59,420 nt of DNA, taken from assembly GCF_006345805.1 (NCBI RefSeq), contig NW_021833088.1, positions 1-59,420 of the forward strand, in the 5' to 3' direction. Below, one piece after another: positions 26,113 through 38,627 of the stretch. Origin of the DNA: Octopus sinensis. Taxonomy: Eukaryota. Within the stretch, counting starts at the first letter, position 1, and every line of letters begins with the position of its first letter. The notes under the pieces were generated by a model. The model did not search any database, was not told the DNA's origin, and saw only the letters and a list, made by a program, of their open reading frames with translations. A program made the translations under genes and the position numbers.

Positions 26113-26158
26113 AAGGAAGTCATTTGCGCTAAGGGGCGGAAGCTATGACTCACTTCCG
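26113..26158. promoter_or_regulatory. Candidate ETS/AP-1 composite element
   Basis: AGGAAGT, then GGGGCGGAAG-CTA-TGACTCA-CTTCCG. Confidence 0.3.
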
Positions 26159-26388
26159 TCTTGTGGCTTATTCTCTCTCTCCTTTTTTTCTCTCCTTTAT
26201 CTATTCCTTCTTCTCTCCCTTGTCGTCTATCTCACTCACCCCTCACTCTCACCTCTCTACTTCCACAAACCATCCATCCATCCATCCGTCCATCCATCCG
26301 TCCACGTATCCATCTATCCCGTCAGCTATACAGCTCAAATAATATCAGTCATAACTTATTGTCATGTGGAGTTGTCTCCCCTCACACT

Positions 26389-26431
<43 letters not shown>

Positions 26432-26852
26432 CCTCTCTCTCTACCCCTCACCCTCTCTCTATTACTCTATCTCTAGCTCCTTTTTCTCACACCAACGTCA
26501 GGAAAAAATGTTGTGAGATTTTATCCTCGCATTTGTTTCACTAAGATATACGACAAGATCAATTAGTTTTCGTTAGTACTGTGATAGGTTTTTAGTGTAT
26601 CAAACAGTGCCGACATAGGTTCGAAACCAACATCAATCTCCTGGATTTACTTATTCTGCTTTTTTTTTATACCCCATATGTGCTACCGACATAAGGAACT
26701 GGTAAGGTCAGACTGTCTTGACTTCTCATAAAGATATAAAAATAAGAAAGAAATCTCTTACAAGAGATATTCATTGCTGTTCCAACCATACATTCATTGC
26801 TACAGGAAGTTCCTATCAAAGAAATATAACACACACACACACACGTACGTAC

Positions 26853-26891
<39 letters not shown>

Positions 26892-26898
26892 TATACAC

Positions 26899-26932
<34 letters not shown>

Positions 26933-26971
26933 CATACGTATACATATAGTGGTGATATGTATGTGTATGAG

Positions 26972-27016
<45 letters not shown>

Positions 27017-27056
27017 ATATATACACATATATTGATATATAGACATATATATATAT

Positions 27057-27088
<32 letters not shown>

Positions 27089-27326
27089 GGAGAGGGAGAA
27101 ACAGACAGACAGACTGACAGATATATATATATATATATATATATATAGATAGATAGATAGAAGAATACAAGACAACGTTGTTGCTACGCTACATTATATA
27201 ATAATGAAATTCGACATGCGTTTTAAAAGGCTGGGTGATCACGGCTGGAATGTTTTTGACCATAATTCCGCCTGATTGGAAATGCTCAGCGGTTATACAA
27301 CTATGATAAACAAGAAAGTACTTAAT

Positions 27327-27374
<48 letters not shown>

Positions 27375-27376
<2 letters not shown>

Positions 27377-27737
27377 TGATGTATCAATACCGGCAGATGA
27401 CAACGTGTCTCTAAAAGAAATGGAGAAACTCTCAAAATACAAAGACCTGGAAATAGAGATAACTAGAATGTGGAACCTGAAAACAGAAACAATTCCTATC
27501 ATAGTAGGTGCATTAGGCATCATAAAAAAATATTCAGACAAATACATAACAAAAACACCAGGACTTACAAATACATATAACATACAGAAAATTGCACTAC
27601 TAGGCACTGCGCACATCCTACGCAGAACACTTTCCATACAATAACCATCAGAGCATCACAACAAATCACAGCACATACCCAAGGCACACAGAGCTGCGCT
27701 CGGTAGTGAAGTGAAAGCACGCTAAAAAATAAAACTA

Positions 27738-27740
<3 letters not shown>
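27375..27740 (+). mobile_element. 3' fragment of a second R4/Dong family, flanked by (TAA)n
   Basis: IDVSIPADDNVSLKEMEKLSKYKDLEIEITRMWNLKTETIPIIVGALG...LLGTAHILRRTLSIQ*, open, plus a distinct 3' UTR. Confidence 0.93.
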
Positions 27741-27816
<76 letters not shown>

Positions 27817-27829
27817 TAATAATATAATA

Positions 27830-28384
27830 AATGCCCTGATGCAGTACCAGGCAGTGGCTCTCATGGCTTCTGATCTTAACTGATTGGAAGTGTTATCATG
27901 TACATTGTTTTGTCTTGGTATAAAAGATGGGCTACAGCAAATATTCTGCTCAATACCACAGATTTGCTTGTCAGTTGTTTGACTTTAACCAGTTGAGCAT
28001 GTTCCTTAGTGGCTGACGATATGTGCATCTCTGATCACGAGCAGAAGTAGTGGGGGAGCATCATAGCCATGTGTTGAGAGGGATTCTTTGGGGTTTGAAT
28101 AATTCACCTCCGGAAACATGGGTGGTTCCTTCAACATCCTTAAACAACCTTTATTCAGGGACCTTTTGAGCGGGATGGGCTACTCAACCTCAAGAAAATT
28201 CTAACTGGGCCCCACCTGTAAGGTCATGTGCTGTTTATCTTGATATGAGATCACCATGTCGCACACATATGGTTGTGATGCATTTGCCTGGTGTACCCTT
28301 ATCAGACGGTAGTCATGAGGGTATATGGGGCTTCGTATATTTTACCCCAGTGTCACTTTGATGGCATGAACTGCTCTCTCACTC
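27830..28384 (+). mobile_element. Non-coding dispersed repeat X, longer copy between (AAT)n tracts
   Basis: Homologous to 9848-10296 with the same 3' end. Confidence 0.8.
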
Positions 28385-28447
28385 AATAATAATAATAATA
28401 ATAATAGTAATTGTACTACTACTACTACTACTACTACTACTCTACTA

Positions 28448-28533
<86 letters not shown>

Positions 28534-28901
28534 GTTGCTGCTGCTGCTGCTACTACTACCAGTTTGGTTTTAGAGAATCTTTTATTCTGGAGGTTATCTC
28601 CATTTCTGATTTGGAGTTAGTGTCAATTGCGACCGTGCGATTATTTACCATCAATGGAAGCGGTGAGAGTTTTTAATAAGCGAAGAATTAATCTTGTACG
28701 TTATTAAATATTTCCTTATTCATCGCTATCAAGTTGATCAACGAGCTGGAAATAGAAGCTAACTTTACTTCTAATCGTACACGACCGTCAGATGAACTGT
28801 GTGATGTAATACTAAAGACACTCTGTTCTATATTTAAGAGATGAGGAATTATGTACGTTATTTACATTTGACGGATATTTCTCCTCATCTTGTTTGTTGT
28901 T

Positions 28902-28947
28902 AACACAACGTTTCGGCTGATATACCCTCCAGCCTTCATCATATGTC
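28902..28947 (-). ncRNA. Minimal type-I hammerhead-like motif with C3>A core change
   Basis: Minus strand GACAT-ATGATGA-A-GGCTG[GAGGGTATAT]CAGCC-GAAACGTT-GTGTT; helices I and II pair; ACGT palindromic helix III. Confidence 0.6.
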
Positions 28948-29051
28948 TTGGGGAAAATTTCGAACCTTATTTCTCAGTCCTAAGGAATGGCAAAGTGGTT
29001 AAGAGCGAGGGCTACTGACCCCAAGATTCCGAGTTCGATTCAAGGCAGTGA

Positions 29052-29055
<4 letters not shown>

Positions 29056-29114
<59 letters not shown>

Positions 29115-29179
29115 TAACAACAACAATAATAATAATGATAATAATAATAATAATAATAATTACAATAATAATAATAATG

Positions 29180-29210
<31 letters not shown>

Positions 29211-29275
29211 CAACAACAACAATAATAATAATAATAATAACAATAACAATAATAATAATAATAATGATAATAATA

Positions 29276-29361
<86 letters not shown>

Positions 29362-29362
29362 T
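29056..29362. repeat. (AAT)n microsatellite, ~300 bp
   Basis: Direct inspection. Confidence 0.95.
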
Positions 29363-30147
29363 ATGATGATGACGGTGATGATGATGATGACGACATCGAA
29401 AAATACCTTAGGAATGAGAACCCAGGTTCGAAATTTCTCCAAGACATCTGATAAAGGCTAGAGGGTATATCAACCGAAACAACAAACAAGATGGCAAATA
29501 CCCGTCAAATGTAAATAATGTAAATAATGCAAAAACATCCTGCTTCAAAAAATCTAAGATGAGATGCCCAAAGTTAAAACGTCTTTTCACTTACTGTCTT
29601 TAATCAGCATAGGTTTTGGGCTAAGAAGTTATAGAAGTGAAATGATTTTAAATTTTATATTTTCGTTAATTTTCACTGCATACGATGCGATTCAAAAATC
29701 CATTTAGTACTTCTATAGTACAAAAAAAATTTCATTCAAGAATTTCGTTGCAATTTTAGTATTTCTTTCCTGGTTATTACTTGTCGTAGTTGACTGTAGA
29801 AGATTCCTTGTTTAGTCAGTTTGGAGGATGCTGGCACCGATTATAATAAGAGAAAAAGAACGAAAGATGGCTGCATGTAGGATAGGAGGGGCAGAAGAAA
29901 GAGCTTAGAACCTCTTGCTTGTAACAGAGCAAGGCAGGGGAGTTAAGCTGGAAGCCAAGAAGAAAGTGATTTGGCCACCACTGCCGATCCAGCAACGGAA
30001 AGGTGTTAAAGTTCAGGGTCGAAACATCCGGTGATGGTTGGATACCTGATGGTATCTGTTCCTCCTGGTTAAAGCGATATTCGCCAAAGACGAATGAAAG
30101 AAGAAGCATCTTCTTTTAGATGTTATCAATATAATTGACAATACTAA

Positions 30148-30330
30148 GACGGAGAGCTGGCAGAATCGTTAGCACACCGGGAAAATGCTTAGCAGCTTTT
30201 CGTACGTCTGTACATTCTGTGTTCAAATTCTATTGAGTTGAATGCAGTTGATAAGCAACTGGAGTCGCTGTAATCGGCTATCCTTCTCCCTCGAAATTGC
30301 TGGCCTTGTGCCAAAATTTGAAGAAATCAA
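30148..30330 (+). mobile_element. SINE family A, internally deleted
   Basis: GAGCTGGCAGAATCGTTAGCAC head and GGCCTTGTGCCAAAATTTGAA tail. Confidence 0.75.
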
Positions 30331-31811
30331 TACCATCAATAATACCTTTGCCATCAGTTCACCGCTGAAAGATGAAATCCTTTCCATCCCGACTTTTTCC
30401 TTCTCTTCTGAGTATAACAATATTGTAGTACTTGCTATAATTCCTGCTGATGTTTAAACGTACACAGCACATTTTATCAAGAGCCACATCACCGACTGTA
30501 TCCCTCTCTGTCTAAAACGATTGAACGTTATTATCAGATGGTTTTCACTGTTATTTTTAATAGCTTCTTCGTTCATAGGCTGATATAAATCCATTTACTT
30601 CCATTATCTCCTCTCCCATAAATTTAATGAATTTTTTACTGTGCTTACTGTACAGAGCTAACATGTTGGATGTCAGTGTCTTCTCTATGTTTTGTCTATT
30701 TATATATCTATCTATCTATCTATGTATGCATACTCATTGTCTAACGAACAACAAAACAGTTTCACATACTTATTTGCTGATTGGTTTGTTCCTTTGCGAT
30801 CAGGCACAATTCAAATCATCAGGATATCGTAAAATTTATGAAACCTTTTACGACGATTACTTAGTCAAAACAAATCTCTATCCTTTAGAAAGCAATAACA
30901 ATAACAGGCTAGATTCTAGCATCTTCTCCGTCTTTTATGTATCTATGTATGTATGTCTCATATGTAATTATTTACCGATCGACAAATTAGATGCAGATAA
31001 CTGGCAAACGTTGAAATGCCGTATTCTACGAACGAACTTTACATATCCACACCGATTTCAAATATCAGCTTATCATTACTAACCAACGTGAAACAGGCAT
31101 CTAGCCTCATTGCCATTGTTCAGCCTATCAAAAATGACTGCTAATTTTTTCCTGATACCACACAGTAATATCTTAGGAAAAGGAAGGACACATTGGACAA
31201 TGTAGTCCTAGATATATTACACCTTAAAAAAAAATAAGACGGTCAAGAACTGAATGTCTTTGGTCATAGGTTTTAATCATTACCACCTCCACTGCCAAAA
31301 TCAACGCAGCTACCATTTTTCAACCGAAAACTCCATCTTACCCCTATTCCCACTACCATGCTGGGCATAATCTTCGCCTTTTCAACGAATTCCATGAATT
31401 TAAACACTTCGCTGTCCTCTTCAAAATCTCACAAACATGACCATCCAAACACCTCTACCACCACCACCACCACCACCACCACCACAACCACAATCACCAC
31501 CAAAATCCTCCACCTCCTCCTCCTCCCCTCCTCCTCCTCATCATCATCATTATTTCCGTTCTTCTCCGCCTCCTGCTTCCCTTTTAGACCTTCTCTGCTG
31601 CTACTGGTGATGCTGCTGCTGATCCTCCTCTTCCTCCTCTTACCCCTCCTCGTCGTCATCGTCGTCGTCGTCGTCATCATGCCAGTCACATTCATCGCCT
31701 TTCACAGGCGTTCCAATGAATCCAACGATCTCCAAAAAGCTTGTCTTCGAGACTGCATCGATTCTGCCATCCATTTCTTCCCCCTCTCCACCACTTTCCA
31801 CTCCTCTTCCT

Positions 31812-31846
<35 letters not shown>

Positions 31847-33090
31847 TATCATCATCATCATCATCATTATTGTCAACGTCATCATTACCTTACAACATCC
31901 CTCATTTGAAACGTTTCTCGAACCCACCATGCCACTCTCGTTTGATTTTCAAACATGGCCGCCGTTATTGCAATTACAGCTCCGTTTCGTCTAATCGATG
32001 AAAGCATCAAATATTCAGATGGAGACAACTTCACACAAGTTCGAATCTCTGTCATCTATAGTTTCTAGAGTAGGCTTGAACATATTTATATAATTTGTCA
32101 CCTTTTTACAGTGGACAGCCTTATTTTAGCCCTCGCTGACCAGCGCAATCATCTCGCTTTTTCAACTTTGACCCTTTTTACCAACCAGGTTTCCTTCACA
32201 AATAAACAAGAGTGTCCCTCACCGCAACCAGTGCAACACTCCCTACCAATGCCAGTCAATTTTGTCCACCAATACCATCACCGCAATAACCACCACCACC
32301 ACCACCACTACTACCACTACCAACACCACTACCATTACCAACACCACCACAGCTACCACCACTACCACCACCTCCATTATCAGCATCATAATCACTACCT
32401 CCACTACTACAATCACCACCATCATCACCATAGCAATCATCATCATCACATACCATCGCCGCCGCACATACCATCTCCTCCAATGCATAAACCGTTTTAT
32501 CTAAACTACTAACACCTACCATTGAGTTCATTTATGAATTATTTGCATCTTTCTTTCTCTTTCCTTTCTTTCTCTTTCCCTGCATCACCCTTCTTCAGTT
32601 TCTCTCCTTTAAAGACACTCCACCCAAATCCAGATACCTTACTGGACACTTTGCCAAATTTTATCCCTCCTTATCACCGACCAAAACTAAAAGTTTCACT
32701 CCCTCCGCTTCGCCGACACCAACTTCACAATACATAAGTGTTATCACTACCACGTGTGTACACACGCACACACGCACGCGTATATATTCATATGTGTGTG
32801 TGTGTGTGTGGGTGTGTAAATATATATATGTGTGTGTGTGGGTGTGTAAATATATATATGTGTGTGTGTGTAAGTATACGTATGTATATATATATATATA
32901 TTTATATATATATGTATGCATGTACATATATATATATATATACGCACACATACACGCTCATATATATATATTATGACTGTACGTATATGTTTATTCATAT
33001 ATATATGTGTGTGTTTATTTATGTATATGTATATTTATATATATATATATATATATACACACACAGGCACACGGACATACACACACACTT

Positions 33091-33152
<62 letters not shown>

Positions 33153-33156
33153 GCGT

Positions 33157-33201
<45 letters not shown>

Positions 33202-33549
33202 TTCTAAGCCCTTTGTAGCTACACAGTGTAACCAACAATTCTCCGTCCCTCCTTCCTTGTCTTCCGTTTTAGTCTCGCAATTCCCGTTGTTCTTCCAATT
33301 TCACCTTTTCCTGTTGTATTCTAAGAATGTTGTCTTCGCGTTTTATTCAAAGTCCAGTCAATTTGTCCAGCAGAAGACACACTACAAACCTAAGCTTTTT
33401 CTACCGGCATTATGTTAGGACATTTTATGTCCCATCCCTTACCCCAGACTCTTTCTCCTCCATTTTGTCTTCCCCTTCTCTCTCCTTTCCACTCTTTCTT
33501 GTGCCTTCTTTCTAGAGCCCCCTTAGTGACTCGTCCCCTTTCTCTCCAC

Positions 33550-33581
<32 letters not shown>

Positions 33582-33682
33582 GTCTTACTATTTAACTCAT
33601 TCTTAGTACCAATTCTCATTTGGGACATGATCCTTCTTACTCTCACTCTTCTATTTTTCTTTCTTTCTCCCTCCCTCTCTCC

Positions 33683-33718
<36 letters not shown>

Positions 33719-33754
33719 TTCCTTTCTGTGTTTCTTTCTTTCTTTCTCTTTCGT

Positions 33755-34078
33755 GAAGGCACGTGGCTTAGTGGTTAGGGTATTCAGCTCACGATCGCAA
33801 GGTCGTGTGTTCGATCCCCGGCGACGCGTTGTGTCCTTGAGCAAGACACTTTATTTCACGTTGCTCCAGTCCACACAGTTGGTAAGAAAGAGTAAAAGTA
33901 GTACGTGTATCTCTCGAAGGGCCAGTCTTGTCCCACTCAGTGTCATGCTGACTCTCCCCGAGAACTACGTTGGGAGCACTCGTGTCTGTGGACTTCTCAG
34001 CCACTTACATATTAATTTCACGAGCTGGCAGTCCCGTTGATCGAATCAACTGAAACCGTCGTCGTTAGCGACGGAGAA
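33755..34078 (+). mobile_element. tRNA-derived SINE with GTGTCCTTGAGCAAGACACTT (CORE/V-like) domain
   Basis: A-box TGGCTTAGTGG and B-box GTTCGATCCC; central domain follows the head. Confidence 0.8.
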
Positions 34079-34249
34079 CCAGGCTGTATCTCTTTTGGTC
34101 TGTCAGATCTCACACTCTTTCCCCCACTGTTTACGTCTGTCTGTATTTCTGGCCATTTGTATGTTTCTCTGTCTCTCTATCTTACTCTCTTCTCTCTTCA
34201 TAACTCCTATTTATATATTTTTGTCGCTTGAACAATCCGCTCGTAACGA

Positions 34250-34405
34250 TAAACCGCTAAGTTACGGAGACGTAAACACACCACCATCGGTTGTCAAATG
34301 ATGTTGGGGTGACAAACACAAACACATAAGCACACACACGCACACACACGCACACACACACACACACCACACACACACACACACACCACACACACACACA
34401 TATAT

Positions 34406-34451
<46 letters not shown>

Positions 34452-34612
34452 TTCGACGGACTTCTATCAGTTTTCGTCAACCAAGTCCACTCACAAGCCC
34501 TTAGTCTTGTGAGTGGATTTAGTAGAAGAGGCTATAGTAGAAGACACAAGGTGCCACGCAGTGGGAATGAACTCGGAACCATGTCGTTGGTAAGCAAGCT
34601 ACTTACCACACA
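34250..34612 (-). mobile_element. SINE family B
   Basis: Homology to the other family B copies. Confidence 0.8.
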
Positions 34613-35225
34613 AGTTTTCTTAACCTTTGTAATGCGACTATACTGTTTTCTCCCACCCAGCCATCTCTAATATCCTTTTTCTCCTCTTCACCGTTTTCTA
34701 CCTGTTTCTCTCTCTCTCTCTCTCTCTTTCTCTCCTCCACTTTTTCCTTTTCTCTCTCTCGTTGCTCACACGTGACCATCGTCCATCTCTCTTTTTCTCA
34801 CGACGTTCTACAGACTGGACGTTCTTTTCTCCCTCTCTTCTATCTTTACTCTTTTCAAAGAAAATATTTCTTTCAGCGTTCACTATTTTACTCCTCGTTC
34901 CGGTCTAACTACTCTCCATGTTCGCTTTCGTTCGGTTTCCTTGTATGTTTCCACTGTCCTGATTTTATTCCCAACTTTGACCCTCCATAAATCGAAGATT
35001 TATTTTGGAAGTTACGGGAGCAAATGTCTTCCAATACTCACATTGTCATTAAATGCTCGAAATAAGGAGTAGATAGACAGCCAACAACTGATGAAGGCTC
35101 GTTCTTTGTGTTACTTGTCCTGTTTTCACTTGTTTTTCTTCTTTCATTGTTTGCGTGTTTAACACTTTTATTTTCGTATTTCATGCTGTTTACAGTCGGT
35201 AACGTCCTGTACCCATATATTCATA

Positions 35226-35278
<53 letters not shown>

Positions 35279-35294
35279 CACACACATATTACTC

Positions 35295-35351
<57 letters not shown>

Positions 35352-35589
35352 CTAGCTAGGTAGATAGATAGATATACGTATATATATGTATGTGACGCAT
35401 TACATGAGTGCATGTATGTGTGCTTTTGTGTTCGTTTACGTGTATGTCTGTGTGGGTGCGAAATACAAGAAATTGTGTTTGTCTATATCACATTGTATTT
35501 GTGTATATATGTGTGTGTGTGTATGTGTGTGTATATATACGTAGTAATATGCATACATTTCTGTGTATATGTTTGTTTTTGTGTGTGTT

Positions 35590-35624
<35 letters not shown>

Positions 35625-35705
35625 GCATATATGTGATCTCTTGAGCACCACCAGCTCAAATATTTTCTCCTCTGTCTTCCCTCCTTGGGATCTTTCCTTC
35701 TCCTT

Positions 35706-35740
35706 GTTTCCGACGAAGAGCTCCGCTCGAAACGTTAAAC
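35706..35740 (+). ncRNA. Minimal type-I hammerhead ribozyme-like motif (Penelope-type, U4C)
   Basis: GTTT-CCGACGA-A-GAGC[TCC]GCTC-GAAACGTT-AAAC; helix I GTTT/AAAC, helix II, ACGT palindrome, GUU triplet. Confidence 0.6.
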
Positions 35741-35846
35741 CCTTCTTCCCTTCTTTCCTGAGCGTCAATAATACTTTAATTGTTCCACGTCCTGCGTTGG
35801 TGTGTTTTTTTTTCTTTTTTTTCTGTTTTCTTGTTTGGATTAACTT

Positions 35847-35907
<61 letters not shown>

Positions 35908-37041
35908 ATACCCAAACCACGTTCACTTACCCCCACCTAATCTATTCCATAATCTCTGTTTCTAACGTTTTCTGTTCCTTTTCTTTACGCGCACATACAG
36001 ATATAAAACATACAAAGACATACAGCCTTACAGTAAACTGAATACATACACGCAAATAACACCCCCCCCCCACACACACACACACGCACGCACACATCTA
36101 CAAAGTTTTTGCTTAGATCCATATCACAATTGTTCTAGCCAGATGTTCATATTGTAACTTCGATTCATTGTGCACCACTTGGCTGGACAGTTACATGGTC
36201 AGATCGTGAGACGGCTTCGTCGGTATTAAGATGGACGACAAATGGTTGGCTGGTTGGCTGGCTAGGTAGATGGTTTGATGGTTTGATGGATGGATGGATG
36301 AATGGATGGATGAATGGGTGGACAAATGGAGGGGAAAATTAGGCAGGGAAAGACTGGACTTGTCGCATAAGTTGGTTTGGCTTTGAACTTGCGTACAGCG
36401 GAAATACGTGTGTGTATGTAAAAGCAAAGTATGACCATGAATGTGTGTGTGTATATATGTGTGTGTGTGTGTGGTGGGGAGGCACGTGCGTGTTTGTGTA
36501 ATTGCCTATGTTATAGGTTCGCGTATTTACATAAACATGCATTGCATAAAAGCTTCTTCTGATCGTGACCATAACATGGTGGGTATGTTTGTGTGTATGT
36601 ACGTATGCATGCATGCTCGCATGCATGTATGTATGTATGCAAGCCTGTATGTATGTATGTATGCAAGCATGTATGTATGTATGCATGTATTTATGCACGT
36701 ATGTGCGCATGTATGCATGTATACATATATATGCGCATGCGTACAGGCATTCACACACATGTTTATGTACATATGTATATACATATATGCGACTGTGAAA
36801 GGTCATACTCATTGTGATTATAGCCTCATACATATGTATGCATGTGTGCATGTCTGTATATATGTATGCATGTGAAGATATGTATACTCACACATGCATA
36901 CATTCGCACACACACACACACATACGGACATTCTCACACACACACACACATATATATATATGTATGTATGTGTGTATGCACACAAATCTCTCTCTATCAT
37001 CTAACTATCTATCCACATACGTGTCTCTCTTTCTCTCTCTC

Positions 37042-37072
<31 letters not shown>

Positions 37073-37180
37073 ATGTTTGTATGTGTGTGTGTCTCAATTT
37101 CGAGACAGTCGGAGATCCATAAATGTATATGTATGTATGTATGGTATGTATGTATGTATGTATGTATGTATGTATGTATG

Positions 37181-37211
<31 letters not shown>

Positions 37212-37270
37212 GTATGCATGTAGGTATGTACACACACACGTGCATGTATGCAGTGACATAGACACAGAAA

Positions 37271-37433
37271 TAGTTGCAGGAGTGGCTGTGTGGAAAGTAG
37301 CTTCCTTACTAACCACATGGTTCCGAGTTCAGTCCCACTGTGTGGCACCTTAGGCAAGTGTTTTCTACTTATAGCCTTGGGCCGACCAAAGCCTTGTGAG
37401 TGGATCTGGTAGACGGAAGTTGAAAGAACCCGT

Positions 37434-37478
<45 letters not shown>

Positions 37479-37722
37479 GTGTGTGTGTCTGTCTGTGTCT
37501 GTCTGTGTCTGTGTATGCTTGTGTGTCTGTTTGTCCCCTACCATCGCTTGACAACTGATGTTGGTGGGTTTACGAGCTCGTAACTTAACGGTTCGGCCAA
37601 AGCGCCCGATAGAATAAGAACTAGTTTCACAAAGAATAAGTCCTGTGGTTGATTTGCTCGATTAAAGGTGGTGCTCCAGCATGGTTGCAGTCAAATGACT
37701 GACACAAATAAAAGAATAAAAG
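37271..37722 (+). mobile_element. SINE family B, full-length
   Basis: Head, CCTTAGGCAAGTG, internal (TA)n, 3' module, AATAAAAG tail. Confidence 0.85.
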
Positions 37723-37732
37723 ACTTTACATA

Positions 37733-38356
37733 CGTGGGGCGTTCAATAAGTAATGCCCCTGACCCACTTCCCATAGCAGTAGAGCAACGAAACTTGGCAC
37801 AGTTATTAGTCTTTTTCTACGTCGGAACCACCCAGAGTTACGCATTTCTCCCATCGTTGATGCAACTCTGGAGACCGTTTTTATAGAAGACCCCAGCTTG
37901 GTCCTCCAACCACGACGTGACTTCAGAAATCAAGGCTGCATCATCTTGGAAACGCTTTCCTTTCAACAACAACTTCATGGCTGGGAAGAGGTGAAAATCA
38001 GAGAGTGCAAGGTCAGGAGAATAGGGGAGATGGGGGAGGAGCTCATAGCCGCAAGCCTATGCTTCTGATCTGGCTACACGCGAGTTGTGGACCGGAGCGT
38101 TGTCTTGCAGGAGGAGGATGCATTTGCTGATCTTGCCCCGCCTCTTGATTTTGATAGCTTCTCTTAATTTCCTCAAAAGTGAAGCATAATAGGCTCCTGT
38201 AATTGTACCATTGCCAGGAAATCTGTCATCACTACTCCGTCCTGGTCCCAGAAGACTGTGAGCACGACTTTGCCAGCGGAGGTGAGTCACAGTGCTTCCA
38301 CTGCATTGACTCGGCTTTGGTCTCTGGATCATAGTGATGGACCCAGGTTTCATCCT
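37733..38356 (-). mobile_element. Mariner transposon 3' half (DD34D catalytic domain), pseudogenised
   Basis: DETWVHHYDPETKAESMQWKH, LLQDNAPVH, HLPYSPDLALSDFHLFP; TA-CGTGGGGCGTTCAATAAG terminus at 37731-37750. Confidence 0.93.
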
Positions 38357-38386
38357 GTCTAATCAGTCTTTGATCTCTGTCGTGAG

Positions 38387-38532
38387 GTTATATGACGTTG
38401 CGTTAAATGACGTGAAAGGACGTAACGTGGGATGGCTTGAAATGACGTGATGTTAAATTACGAAACATGACGTGCCGTTGAACAACGTGACGGGAAACTA
38501 CGTTAAATGACGTTCAATGTTGTTAAATGACA
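38387..38532. repeat. Degenerate TGACGT-containing tandem repeat
   Basis: ATGACGT at ~38392, 38408, 38442, 38468, 38507; GTTAAATGAC recurs. Confidence 0.7.
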
Positions 38533-38537
38533 GTCTT

Positions 38538-38627
38538 GACATTCCTGACATTCCAGACATTCCAGACATTCCTGATATTCCAGACATTACGGACATTCCT
38601 GACATTACTGACATTCCAGACATTCCA
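38538..38627 (+). repeat. 9-bp tandem repeat (GACATTCCA)n, block 1
   Basis: 10 units; further blocks at 39294-39448, 39715-39758 and 51401-51675. Confidence 0.95.

Larger units (their letters stand above)
28852..29525 (+). mobile_element. tRNA-headed element with (AAT)n spacer and inverted hammerhead-bearing arms (non-autonomous Penelope-like/SINE hybrid)
   Basis: 28852-28985 is the reverse complement of 29406-29525; A-box TGGCAAAGTGG at 28988 and B-box GAGTTCGATTC at 29031; hammerhead-like cores in both arms. Confidence 0.65.

Noticed and set aside
28986-29055. Functional tRNA-Ser(ACT) gene
   Set aside because: No acceptor stem, broken D and T stems, and an atypical anticodon; it is a SINE-type head
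30804-30940. Exon-like AQFKSSGYRKIYETFYDDYL after a good acceptor
   Set aside because: No convincing donor and no recognisable homology
33755-33830. tRNA gene
   Set aside because: It continues into a SINE central domain and has no acceptor stem or terminator
35088-35097. CTGATGAAGG hammerhead core (also CTGATGAG at 52099)
   Set aside because: No helix II partner or GAAAC downstream
38538-38627. p53 half-sites in the 9-mer and 59-mer
   Set aside because: RRRCATTCC lacks the invariant G of CWWG
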